A stretch of DNA of 64,000 nt from IMG/VR virus record IMGVR_UViG_3300020047_004915; one strand, given 5' to 3'. The translations under genes and the position numbers were made by a program. Positions within the stretch are counted from its first letter, which is position 1; each line of letters opens with the position of its first letter. This document shows positions 18,730-28,162 of the stretch, piece by piece. The notes beneath the pieces were generated by a model, which saw only the letters and a list, made by a program, of their open reading frames with translations, ran no database searches and was not told the DNA's origin. The stretch is from an uncultured virus (IMG/VR IMGVR_UViG_3300020047_004915) (taxonomy: Duplodnaviria > Heunggongvirae > Uroviricota > Caudoviricetes > Schitoviridae).

Positions 18730-18979
18730 CCATGTCACACGAAGCAATCAATGCCATCAAGAAGATCATGACTATCTTCCAAGCCAGTGAAGGCGTATCC
18801 CTATCAAATAGGGATACTTCCTGATTGGTGGTTAATCCAATGTAACAAGATACACCTAAAATTCTATGAATACCTTTACGCAGAGAAACCATTCACATGA
18901 AAACACTTAATGATCAGGTATTTGAATTAGTACCTGTTTGTTACATCAAAGCATTTCACTTGATTGAAGGAGATTCAAA

Positions 18980-19267
18980 ATGACTATCAAAGTCACAGAA
19001 CTTATGTTTACCCCTCATCCCAATGAGTATTTTGGAGGTAAACGAGTAGAACATACATTCCCTAACGGTTACACAGCCAGCGTACTCACCGGGGGCCACA
19101 GTTATTCAAACGATGATGAGCCTTATGAAATTGCCGTGATGCAAGACGGTGAACTAGATTACACCACACCAATCACTGATAATGTTCTTGGTTATCTGAC
19201 CGAGGAAGCTGCTAATGAGATATTGGCAGCAATTGAAGCACTACCATCTATAGGGGACGCTAAATGA
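18980..19267 (+). CDS. Hypothetical phage protein
   Basis: AAGGAG RBS; YEIAV...LDYTTPITDNVLGYLT. Confidence 0.75.
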   Translation: MTIKVTELMFTPHPNEYFGGKRVEHTFPNGYTASVLTGGHSYSNDDEPYEIAVMQDGELDYTTPITDNVLGYLTEEAANEILAAIEALPSIGDAK

Positions 19268-20292
19268 GCCAATCTACTATGGCTGTAAAGCCTAGTGTAG
19301 CAAGACAGATGATCGTTGCAGCTATGCAGTGTGCATTGGTTCCATTTCTTATGGGATCACCGGGGATTGGTAAATCTGAAATCTTCATGGATATTGCCCA
19401 TGAAGGTAAACTTGAATTCATTGATCTTCGGGTTAGCGGTGCTGACCCCACTGACTTCAATGGTTTCCCTACTGGTAATACCAAGAAAGCTTCATACATT
19501 CCTTTTGATACCATCCCGGTAGTAGGGGATGTAATTCCTGAAGGTAAAGTAGGTTGGCTTTTGTTATTGGATGAGTACAACTCAGGCAGTCCAGCAGTAC
19601 ATGCAGCTACTTACAAGCTGCTACTGGACAGAATGGTAGGTAAACATCATGTACATCCTAAGGTATGGATTTGCTGTGCAGGTAACAAGGAAACTGACAA
19701 TGCTATTGTCAATCCTCTGAGTACAGCACTGCAGAGCCGTATGATTCACATTGAAATGGAGCCTGATCTTCAGGACTTCCTGACATGGTGGAGCACTAAG
19801 GGACTCACACATACCATCCCTGCATTCCTGAACTTCAGTAACAAGAACTTCCATACCTTTAAGCCAGATCACACTGACTTTACTTATGCGTGTAGCCGTA
19901 CTTGGTACTTCGCAGGTAAGTTCATTGATAAGCTTGGTTTGGATAATCCTTTGATTCGTCCGTTGTTGAATGGGACTATCTCACAAGGTGTAACAAGTGA
20001 GTACTTACAGTTCTGTCGTATCTATAAGGACTTGCCTACAATCGCTGCCTTGGAAGCCAATCCTGAAACCATTGATGTGCCTACATCACCTAGTACCTTG
20101 TTTGCTATTGTTGGCTTCATTGGAAGCCATGTGACACCGAAGAACATTGATCAGGTGAGCAAGTATATCAATCGTTTGCCTATGGAATTTCAGGTAGTGT
20201 GCTATCGGGATATCAATCGAAGGAACCCTGATACTACACGTTCTGCAGCCTTCCAGAAGTGGGCATTGGCCAACCACAGGGAACTGTTTTAA
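19264..20292 (+). CDS. MoxR-like AAA+ ATPase (N4 gp24-like)
   Basis: Walker A GSPGIGKS, Walker B LLLLDE, AGN and ALQSR motifs. Confidence 0.9.
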   Translation: MSQSTMAVKPSVARQMIVAAMQCALVPFLMGSPGIGKSEIFMDIAHEGKLEFIDLRVSGADPTDFNGFPTGNTKKASYIPFDTIPVVGDVIPEGKVGWLLLLDEYNSGSPAVHAATYKLLLDRMVGKHHVHPKVWICCAGNKETDNAIVNPLSTALQSRMIHIEMEPDLQDFLTWWSTKGLTHTIPAFLNFSNKNFHTFKPDHTDFTYACSRTWYFAGKFIDKLGLDNPLIRPLLNGTISQGVTSEYLQFCRIYKDLPTIAALEANPETIDVPTSPSTLFAIVGFIGSHVTPKNIDQVSKYINRLPMEFQVVCYRDINRRNPDTTRSAAFQKWALANHRELF

Positions 20293-20598
20293 ACCGTCTA
20301 GGAGGCCCATAGAGCCTCCTTTACTCAAGGGGAATACCTATGCGTAGTCGTCGTAAGAAGGGAGGTCAAGTGACTGCCCTGATGTACATCTACAGGGAAC
20401 AAGATGATGAGGAGTTCAAGATTGAAGTGGAGGTGTCTGGATACTATACCCCTGAACAGCAAGCCACTGAAGTTGATCCACCTATCTCTGCAGATGTGGA
20501 TTTTGAATCTGCAGTCATGACTCATTCAGGTAAGACTATTGTGCTTACTGAAGATGAGATTATCAAAGCCACTGAAAAACTGATTGAGGAAGTAAGCG

Positions 20599-21303
20599 AT
20601 GAGGAAGAGTAAACCTGCAGCCATGTGTATGGCTACCCAAGACATCCATGTGCTGTTGACCCATTCAGTACCGGGGTATCTCCCAGGATTTGATGGCTTA
20701 CAACGCATCAACACCAATATCTTTGGTCAGTGTCTGGATGCACAGAAAGACTTGATTGCCTACATTCCACGAGTGGATTGTGAGAGTGATCCTTCATACC
20801 GTCAGTTTATTCTGTATGGTGTTATCCGTAGCTTTGATGGCAAGGTACTTGTGTACAACCGTCAAGCCAAGGGAAGTACTTCTGGAGATAACCGTCTTGA
20901 AGGTGCTGCTTCTATTGGTTTCGGTGGGCATATTGAGTTGTGTGATAATACAGAGTTTCCATCACGTACCTTGAGTAATTCTTTTAAGCGTGAACTGGAA
21001 GAAGAACTGTATCACATGAATGTCTTTGAAGACTGTCACTACAATAAGTACACCGTAGGTATTATTCACTCTAAAGCCAGTGAAGTAGATGCAGTACATC
21101 TCGGTGTAGTGGTGTTTGTTGATTTACTTGCAGATTCCCGTGAGGTACCTATTACAGAGATTACTTCCAAACTTGGCTTACATAGCAAGGAACCAGAGCA
21201 AGTACGTAATCTTCGTTGGCTTACACTTGATGAAGTCAAACAAGAAGCTGGTATGGAAAGCTGGAGTAAGTTCATCATTGATTCTGGTACGTTAGAGCAG
21301 TGA
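20599..21303 (+). CDS. Nudix-family hydrolase
   Basis: SIGFGGHIE...RELEEEL Nudix box variant, VHLGVV, MESWS. Confidence 0.75.
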   Translation: MRKSKPAAMCMATQDIHVLLTHSVPGYLPGFDGLQRINTNIFGQCLDAQKDLIAYIPRVDCESDPSYRQFILYGVIRSFDGKVLVYNRQAKGSTSGDNRLEGAASIGFGGHIELCDNTEFPSRTLSNSFKRELEEELYHMNVFEDCHYNKYTVGIIHSKASEVDAVHLGVVVFVDLLADSREVPITEITSKLGLHSKEPEQVRNLRWLTLDEVKQEAGMESWSKFIIDSGTLEQ

Positions 21304-21307
21304 TTAC

Positions 21308-21333
21308 AGGGGGACATCCGTCCCCTTTTATGA
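21308..21333 (+). promoter_or_regulatory. Hairpin M2 (candidate middle promoter or weak terminator)
   Basis: GGGGAC-ATCC-GTCCCC-TTTTATGA. Confidence 0.55.
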
Positions 21334-21531
21334 AACCAATAAGAGAATTAAGCCATGGAATTTAATTATGATGTTGCTGCTGAAGCAATGATAGCTTATG
21401 GCAGGAAGATGCAAGCAGCATTGGAAGAAAAGGATATGGATCAATACAAGAAAGCAGTGTTAAGTGCTTTAAGGTGTTGCCATACCACTCTTGTTGTTCT
21501 TGATGATAACAGTAATAACGAGTAAACAGTC

Positions 21532-21995
21532 ATGGATACATTAGCTTCATTGAATGCTGAATTAAGTGATTGGCGTACAGCGTATAACCAAGTAAAAGAG
21601 CAGTATGAAGGTTTACTTGGAGTACACCGTACAATCAAAGACAAACTACGTGCAGAGCAAACTGCATGTGCTGAAGCACAGAATAATGATCGTATTGCTA
21701 TGGCTTGGATTGCAGATATCAAAGCAGCAGTAGGATGTGAACACATGGATATGCCACAACTTGTGGAATACCTTAAAACCATTAAACCAGAGGTTAAGAC
21801 ATGAATGATGCAGACTTTCTATGTTGGATTCATGAACGTCTTATCAATGTGCATGGGGAAGACCCTCTGTTTGATTACATGCATAGATTACGAGATATCA
21901 TTGCAAATACACCACAAGAACAACGTAGTGTAGGTAAGGTAGCTTCTAACAACCTTACAGAGCTACGTATGTACTTAATTGGAGAAACCAAATGA
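21532..21995 (+). CDS. Two small coupled hypothetical genes (21532-21804, 21801-21995)
   Basis: ATGA overlap; co-oriented with the middle region. Confidence 0.65.
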
Positions 21996-22098
21996 ACATA
22001 ATAACTATGCCTTTCCGTGTGATTACAGCACTTGTACTGATTATTATTATCTTCAGTATTAGTAATTACCTTGAGTCAGATACAGTGGAGCATTTGAC

Positions 22099-23416
22099 AT
22101 GAGCAAAGAACCTTACAGCACCGAAGCCATCCTGCACCGGAACATTGCCGACATGGGAGTGGCGCTGCGGACACAGACGGAACGGGCTGAATCTGCCGAG
22201 GCGGAACTGGAGAAGCTGCGGGATCAGAAACCTGTTTTTGTTGCACATCTGACCCAGCATGGGGTTGCTGCCGAAATCATCCGCAACGCCCGCCGCTATC
22301 TGGCGTTGCGTAAAGTTGGGGTGCAGGTTCCGGGCTACGAACTCGTAAAATTCGACTGGAGTTTAGATGCAGCCGCCGACCGGCTGCTGGAGGGTGGGGA
22401 ATGACCGACAACTGCGAGTGCGGAAGCCAGACCCTATTCACGCGCACGGGCCGCATCCTGTGTGCTCACACAGCACACAAGGCTCAAGCGCTGGGCATCA
22501 TGCCCGCCGACTGGTTGCCGTTGTCGATGGAGCGGCCACACCCACCTACACGGCGTTGCCTGTGTCCGGATTGCTGGCCGTATTTTTACGAAATTGAATG
22601 GAGGCCGACATGACCCCCGAACAACGCATAGACGCGAACATTGACGCCCTGTTACGCGCATCCGGTTCCGGCATTGACTACTACACGATGCCGCGCACGC
22701 TGCAAGCCATGCGCGAGGTTATGCGCCGCATCATGTCCGACTCGTACATCAAGGGGACGCAGGACAATTTCGACGCGCTGGTGGCGTCTGGGAGGCTGAA
22801 TAAATGACCGTCCGCCAGCGAGCAAAACGCCGCCCTGTGCGGGTTATGGCCAGCCAGTACAGCTACAACACCGGATGCACGTATTTCCTGTCACCCAGCG
22901 GTTTCGGGGCGATTACCTGTTTTGACTATTACGCTGTTGAGGCGTGGAGCAAACCGAAATGAGCAAAATAACCCACACCGAAGCTCCGATGATAACATCA
23001 ACCGGCTTCATCCCCGACGAAACAACAGGCATCAACGATGAGTACTACCGCCAGATGCGGGAGCGGAAACAGGCCAAGCGGGAGCAGGCCATTGACCTGC
23101 TGATGCTCCTGTCGGCCCTTGAATCATGGTCATTCGCTGCCGAACACAGGCTGCCGGAAATGCTGGCAACTAGACTGGATTCTGCTGTTGAGGCTCTACG
23201 AGCTGAAATTCTAAGCGGAGGTGATGCATGATTATTCTGGCAGTTTATCTATTTGGCATTGCAGTAATGGCGTTTATTGGCGGTTACGCGCTTGGCCAGC
23301 AATCGAAACGAAACGCACCAGCCGACATATTCTACTCGATGATTCTGGCAATTCTCTGGCCAGTCACCTGCTTTGTTATGTCCGGCTGGGCATGTGAGGA
23401 AAGAAATAGAGAATAA
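22099..23416 (+). other. GC-rich run of small hypothetical genes, probably acquired laterally
   Basis: Overlapping small ORFs (22099-22404, 22401-22613, 22610-22807, 22959-23231, 23228-23416) with visibly more G/C-ending codons than the flanks. Confidence 0.65.
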
Positions 23417-23419
23417 ACC

Positions 23420-23653
23420 ATGAATACTGAAGACATCAAACTACTTCCGTGTCCTTTCTGTGGATGCACTATGAAGGTGGAAGTAACATCTTACAAAGAA
23501 TACTTACTCACAGGCCCACATATATTGGAGTGTCTGTTTGATGAAGGTTCTGAAGCATTAACTGTACAAGGATTCCAAGAGCATCTTGATTGGTTAGTAG
23601 ATTCTTGGAATACACGTCTTAACATTGGAGAAACAAACCATGGCACAGATTAG
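23420..23653 (+). CDS. Lar-like (restriction alleviation family) zinc-ribbon protein
   Basis: LLPCPFCG at the N-terminus and WNTR near the C-terminus. Confidence 0.6.
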   Translation: MNTEDIKLLPCPFCGCTMKVEVTSYKEYLLTGPHILECLFDEGSEALTVQGFQEHLDWLVDSWNTRLNIGETNHGTD

Positions 23654-24158
23654 ACTTACAAAGACTATGCGGGAAGATATCTTGAAAAAGATTATGAATG
23701 ACCTTCCTCAAATAGATTACATCGGACAGCTTCATGATGTGATTCGTAAAGAAGTAAAGAGCAAGATACCTCTTGAAATTATTAAGATGGTAGGAACACC
23801 ATTAGAAGTTCACTTAAGTAGCTTCTCCCGTTCTTACTATTTTAGAAAAGCTGGACGCAGTTTCTCAGTATGTGTTACTGGTGCAAACAGGGACGATCTC
23901 CCACTATCTCAAGATACCATTGATGAGGTAGAGGGATTATACACATTAAACAGAAAACAGAAGGATGCCTATAACACACTGTATGATCAGGTAGAGACAA
24001 CACTTGCTGCCTACACTACAGTAGCCAAGTTACGTGAAGCTTGTCCTCAGTTTGACAAGTATCTTCCTAATGAAGCTGCTATCAATCATCCAATAACAGT
24101 CACTACATCCCCTATTCCTGCACTACAAGCTGCAGGTTGGCCTAAAGGTAAACCATGA
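23640..24158 (+). CDS. Nmad5-like (nucleotide-modification-associated domain) protein
   Basis: RLTKTMREDI N-terminus and TTVAKLREACPQFDKYLP C-terminal motif. Confidence 0.55.
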   Translation: MAQIRLTKTMREDILKKIMNDLPQIDYIGQLHDVIRKEVKSKIPLEIIKMVGTPLEVHLSSFSRSYYFRKAGRSFSVCVTGANRDDLPLSQDTIDEVEGLYTLNRKQKDAYNTLYDQVETTLAAYTTVAKLREACPQFDKYLPNEAAINHPITVTTSPIPALQAAGWPKGKP

Positions 24159-24478
24159 CACCCACAGAGATTGAAGCTACATGGCCACCCCAAGTCATTG
24201 AGGCAATCCATTGGATTAAGACTCATTGCAGGCATTGGGCTATCTTGGGTAGCCATGACTGGCAAACCCTTGATGAACTCACTGACAAGGAGACAGCGCA
24301 AGCTATAGAACATCTATTTGTACTATTAATCATGGGACTTGTTGGTGTAGCATCTACAGTCCCAAAGAAGAAACCGGGGAGATGTGGAATACCTAACTTC
24401 TACATCAAACCATTAGTTTCATATCAAAAACACACTCAACAACCACAGGAACATCCTAATGGAAAACCAACACCGTAA
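24155..24478 (+). CDS. Hypothetical protein
   Basis: Coupled ORF, 107 aa. Confidence 0.55.
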   Translation: MTPTEIEATWPPQVIEAIHWIKTHCRHWAILGSHDWQTLDELTDKETAQAIEHLFVLLIMGLVGVASTVPKKKPGRCGIPNFYIKPLVSYQKHTQQPQEHPNGKPTP

Positions 24479-24683
24479 GATTTCTGGCTACCGTGAGTTA
24501 AGCCAAGAAGAAATCAATGCCATGGACAGTATCAAGGAACTTGCAGGTGCTGTAGGTATCTTGATTGAAGAGATGCAAGCAAACCCTCAGTTGGATCAAC
24601 GATGGGTAGCCATTGCCAAGACTGATCTTCAAAAAGGATTCATGGCTGCAGTACGAGCAGTAGCACAACCTACTACGTTCTAG
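24459..24683 (+). CDS. acb2: Anti-CBASS protein Acb2 (cyclic-nucleotide sponge)
   Basis: MENQHRKISGYRELSQEEI...K...RWVAIAKTDLQKGFMAAVRAVAQPTTF closely follows the Acb2 pattern. Confidence 0.92.
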   Translation: MENQHRKISGYRELSQEEINAMDSIKELAGAVGILIEEMQANPQLDQRWVAIAKTDLQKGFMAAVRAVAQPTTF

Positions 24684-24815
24684 TAGTATTGGCTTTCACC
24701 AAACCAACCACCAACCAAAGAAGTATTACCATGGCTACTAAGCCTAAAGGTAAAGGTAAGCCGAAGCCCTGCTAAGGTTTTACCATCAGAGCCTGTCTGA
24801 TTAACAGGCAACTAT

Positions 24816-24891
24816 AACTTCAAAGATATTGATGCCATCTAGTTGGCTAAAGAGTAGTTGAAACACCACTACCATCAGTATCTTTGAAGTT
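24816..24891 (+). ncRNA. Candidate structured RNA with a 19-bp closing stem
   Basis: AACTTCAAAGATATTGATG pairs with CATCAGTATCTTTGAAGTT (one G-U) around two small hairpins. Confidence 0.5.
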
Positions 24892-25021
24892 GTGGTGAAT
24901 GCGTAGGCTGATACGCTGGGGCGCTGGTAGCTGCCGGTGAAAAAACACGGAGCGCCACCAATCGTGAGCGGTACGGCACGAAGATTTACGAAAGCCGGAG
25001 ATCAGTACCGGCCACTACAAC
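24889..25021 (+). ncRNA. Candidate multi-branched RNA with complementary loops
   Basis: Closing stem GTTGTGGTG/CACTACAAC; hairpins GCGT-AGGCTGAT-ACGC and GCCGG-AGATCAGTA-CCGGC. Confidence 0.6.
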
Positions 25022-25031
25022 ACCCCTCTTT

Positions 25032-25108
25032 ACGCTCGTAGCTCAATTGGATAGAGCACTCGCCTTCTAAGTGAGTGGTTGGGAGTTCGAGACTCTCCGA
25101 GCGTGCCA
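25032..25108 (+). tRNA. tRNA-Arg (TCT)
   Basis: Acceptor ACGCTCG/CGAGCGT, D arm GCTC...GAGC, anticodon loop CTTCTAA, T loop TTCGAGA, encoded CCA. Confidence 0.95.
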
Positions 25109-25219
25109 CATCAAGATAAGCATCATGGATTATTGGCAAATCATCTTAGTGTTTATCCTTCCTGCTATAGCTATCTTTGCTGTAGTAGTCTCTGTACTTC
25201 TTAATCCAAGAGAATAACC

Positions 25220-25441
25220 ATGGCAATAATTCCACGTACACGAGTAACTCGTGAAGTCATTGATCTAAGTGGCCCTGAGGGTAATGCATACTACTTACTA
25301 GGTAGAGCACAAAACTTAAGTAAACAGTTAGAACTAGATGCTGAAACCATCTTAGAAGAAATGAAAGCAAGTGATTACGATAACCTAGTCAAAGTGTTTG
25401 ATAAATACTTCGGTGAGTTTGTCGATCTGATTTTACCATAG
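25220..25441 (+). CDS. Hypothetical phage protein
   Basis: IDLSGPEGNAYYLLG...DYDNLVKVFDKYFG; 73 aa. Confidence 0.8.
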   Translation: MAIIPRTRVTREVIDLSGPEGNAYYLLGRAQNLSKQLELDAETILEEMKASDYDNLVKVFDKYFGEFVDLILP

Positions 25442-25462
25442 GCGCATTCTGCGCTCTTGTGA
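25442..25462 (+). promoter_or_regulatory. Hairpin M3 (candidate middle promoter)
   Basis: GCGCA-TTC-TGCGC-TCTTGTGA. Confidence 0.5.
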
Positions 25463-25486
25463 ATCCCATTATTGGAGCGTAATAGA

Positions 25487-26605
25487 ATGTCTACTGAAGC
25501 TAACAAAGCATTATCCAAAGCCAAGATTGCTTTGATGACACATAACAATGCTGCATTCTTTTCCAGTTTGTGTTTGAGCATGAATTACAAATGGGATAAC
25601 ACTTGTCCTACTGCATACACAGACTACAAGAGTATTGCTTTCAATACTCAGTTCTTCATGGAACTCAGTCCAAGTGAACGGATATTCCTATTACTCCATG
25701 AAACCATGCATGTAGCCTATATGCATAATCTTCGTGTAGGTACCAAAGACCGTAAGATATGGAACTACGCATGTGATTATGTCATCAATCTCCAGATCAA
25801 AGATGCTGGTTTTACCGTGCCTAAGATTGGTTTGATTGATGAGAAATATCGAGGCATGTCAGCAGAAGAAGTTTATGACTTGCTGATGCAGAATCCTACA
25901 AGCCAACCTTCACCATCTCAAGGTATGGATGATCTTCGTGACCCTCCAGAAGAACCTACTGAAGAAGAGATTGCTCAGATCACTCAAGAGATGCAAGACA
26001 GTATCATTCGTGCAGCTACTCAAGCACGTATGGAAGATCAAGCAGGAAGTATTCCCGGTGCTGTACAGGTGTTCCTGAACAAACTCCTGCAACCCAAATT
26101 ACCTTGGCAAGTGATTCTATCTCGCTTCATGAACAAACTCACCAAGACAGATTACACATGGTCTAAACGTAATCGTAGGTACCCTGATGTGTACTTACCT
26201 GCCATGCACTCACAGACCTTGATGGACATTGCTATTGCATGGGACATGTCAGGTTCAGTCACTGATGCTGAGACTACAGTCTTTGCATCTGAAGTAGCGA
26301 GTGTCCTTAGGAACATGAAGCCAGACAAACTAACACTGGTGCAATTCGATACCAAAGTCTTTCAGGTAAACAAACTGAAGACTGTAAAGGATTTGACCTC
26401 ACTCACCCTCAAAGGGAGAGGAGGAACAAACCTGCATGATCTGGTGAAGTGGACACATGACAACAGACCACAGGTCAATATTGTCTTCACTGATGGTTAC
26501 TTCCATATGCCTGAAGAGAAGCTATATGGTCAAACCATCTGGATTATTCACAACAACCTTCACTTCACTGCCCCCTACGGCAAAGTGATTCATTACAAGG
26601 TGTAA
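25487..26605 (+). CDS. Metallopeptidase-like/vWA domain protein (N4 gp25-like)
   Basis: LLHETMH (HExxH), WNYACDYVIN, MIDAS motif DMSGS, GRGGT, FTDG. Confidence 0.9.
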   Translation: MSTEANKALSKAKIALMTHNNAAFFSSLCLSMNYKWDNTCPTAYTDYKSIAFNTQFFMELSPSERIFLLLHETMHVAYMHNLRVGTKDRKIWNYACDYVINLQIKDAGFTVPKIGLIDEKYRGMSAEEVYDLLMQNPTSQPSPSQGMDDLRDPPEEPTEEEIAQITQEMQDSIIRAATQARMEDQAGSIPGAVQVFLNKLLQPKLPWQVILSRFMNKLTKTDYTWSKRNRRYPDVYLPAMHSQTLMDIAIAWDMSGSVTDAETTVFASEVASVLRNMKPDKLTLVQFDTKVFQVNKLKTVKDLTSLTLKGRGGTNLHDLVKWTHDNRPQVNIVFTDGYFHMPEEKLYGQTIWIIHNNLHFTAPYGKVIHYKV

Positions 26606-26607
26606 TC

Positions 26608-26928
26608 ATGGATTTAAACCAAGCACTTGCAGAAATCAAAACCAAAGCCAAGAATCAACAGAAAGGTTGGATGGCTTGTACCATTGGCTACAAGGAGTAC
26701 CTTGTATCCTATGATGCAGGAGTAAAGTTAATCCAAGCACTTGAGAATGTACAAGTGATTGACAAGAACTATTCCACACCTTCCAAGGTTGGGCCTGCGG
26801 ATAGAGATGACTTCAAATTCATGCCCATGCATGACAACGATTACATCGCACTGCAGCTATCACAGCTTATGCAAATCAGCTTCAATGAAGCACGGGAAGC
26901 ATTATATGGAACCCCAAAAAGTGAGTGA
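26608..26928 (+). CDS. Hypothetical protein
   Basis: 106-aa ORF packed between the vWA and helicase genes. Confidence 0.7.
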   Translation: MDLNQALAEIKTKAKNQQKGWMACTIGYKEYLVSYDAGVKLIQALENVQVIDKNYSTPSKVGPADRDDFKFMPMHDNDYIALQLSQLMQISFNEAREALYGTPKSE

Positions 26929-28162
26929 ACTCATCCTTACTGAAGGACAAGAAGAAGCCATGACTAAGTTCATGGACTTCTTGCTTGATCCCTTAGAGAC
27001 AATGTTTGTGTTGTCTGGGTATGCAGGTACAGGTAAATCCACATTGGTAAAGTACCTATTGGAATCTGTACCTAAGATCATGCAAACACTGATGTTGATT
27101 GATCCCAATCGCAAGAATATGGCTATTCAACTCACTGCAACCACTAACAAGGCAGCAGATGTATTGGGACAAATGGTAGGAGATGTTATACCTACCATTC
27201 ATTCCTATCTTGGCTTGAGTGTGTACACAGACTACAAGACAGGAGTGACTTCCCTCAAAGATCGTACAGGCACTGAAATCTACAATACTCTGGTATTCAT
27301 TGATGAAGCCAGCTTTGTGGATAGAGAACTACTGTCTTTGATCACCAAGAAGTGTGTGCAATCCAAGGTAATCTTCATTGGGGATGCAGCACAACTTGCT
27401 CCTGTGAAATCTACACACATCCCTGTATTCAATGCAGGATTCCCTACAGCACAACTCACAGAAGTGATGCGGCAAGCCAAGGGTAATCCAATCATTGAAC
27501 TGGCTACCAAGTTCAGGAATACAGTTAATACAGGTGAGTTCTTCAACTTCAATCCAGATGGTATTCAAATCAGACACATGGGTAGTGCTGATTTCAAGAA
27601 TGCTATTGAGACTGAGTTCCTTGATCCTACATGGTCACATAACAGATCGAAGATTCTGGCTTGGACTAACAAGAGAGTAACCCAATACAACAACCACATC
27701 TGTGAGTTGCTTGTGGGTACCTCTAACATCAATGTAGGTGACTACTGTGTATTGAATAAACATATCACCATAGGACGTAAATCCTTAGCTACTGACTCTG
27801 TGGTATATGTCACAGCAGTAGGAGAAGAAATGGATGTATATGGTGTCATAGGTAAGCATATGGGGCTAAACCGTGAGATCACAGTATTTGTACCTAACTG
27901 TTGGGCTGAGGTTAAGAAACTGATTCCCAAGTGGCGTAAGGAAGGTAACTATAATTATTGTGCTGCAGCAGATAACTGGGCTGACTTACGTGCTACCTAT
28001 GCATGTACTGTCAACAAATCCCAGGGGTCTACTTATGACAAGGTGTTCATTGACCTCTCTGATATTTCACGGTGTAACAGTGGTAATCAGATTGCACGTA
28101 TGCTCTATGTAGCAGTCTCCCGTGCAAGACATGAAGTGATATTCACAGGTGACTTTGTATGA
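26921..28162 (+). CDS. SF1 DNA helicase (Dda/RecD-like)
   Basis: GYAGTGKS, IDEAS, GDAAQLAPV, TVNKSQGSTY, YVAVSRAR; GTG start inferred. Confidence 0.93.
   Translation: MSELILTEGQEEAMTKFMDFLLDPLETMFVLSGYAGTGKSTLVKYLLESVPKIMQTLMLIDPNRKNMAIQLTATTNKAADVLGQMVGDVIPTIHSYLGLSVYTDYKTGVTSLKDRTGTEIYNTLVFIDEASFVDRELLSLITKKCVQSKVIFIGDAAQLAPVKSTHIPVFNAGFPTAQLTEVMRQAKGNPIIELATKFRNTVNTGEFFNFNPDGIQIRHMGSADFKNAIETEFLDPTWSHNRSKILAWTNKRVTQYNNHICELLVGTSNINVGDYCVLNKHITIGRKSLATDSVVYVTAVGEEMDVYGVIGKHMGLNREITVFVPNCWAEVKKLIPKWRKEGNYNYCAAADNWADLRATYACTVNKSQGSTYDKVFIDLSDISRCNSGNQIARMLYVAVSRARHEVIFTGDFV

Noticed and set aside
23640..24158. DNA hypermodification pathway suggested by the Nmad5-like and Nudix genes
   Set aside because: No modifying enzymes (hydroxymethylase, kinase, glycosyltransferase, DpdA, PurZ) are recognisable in the window; ThyX implies ordinary thymidine
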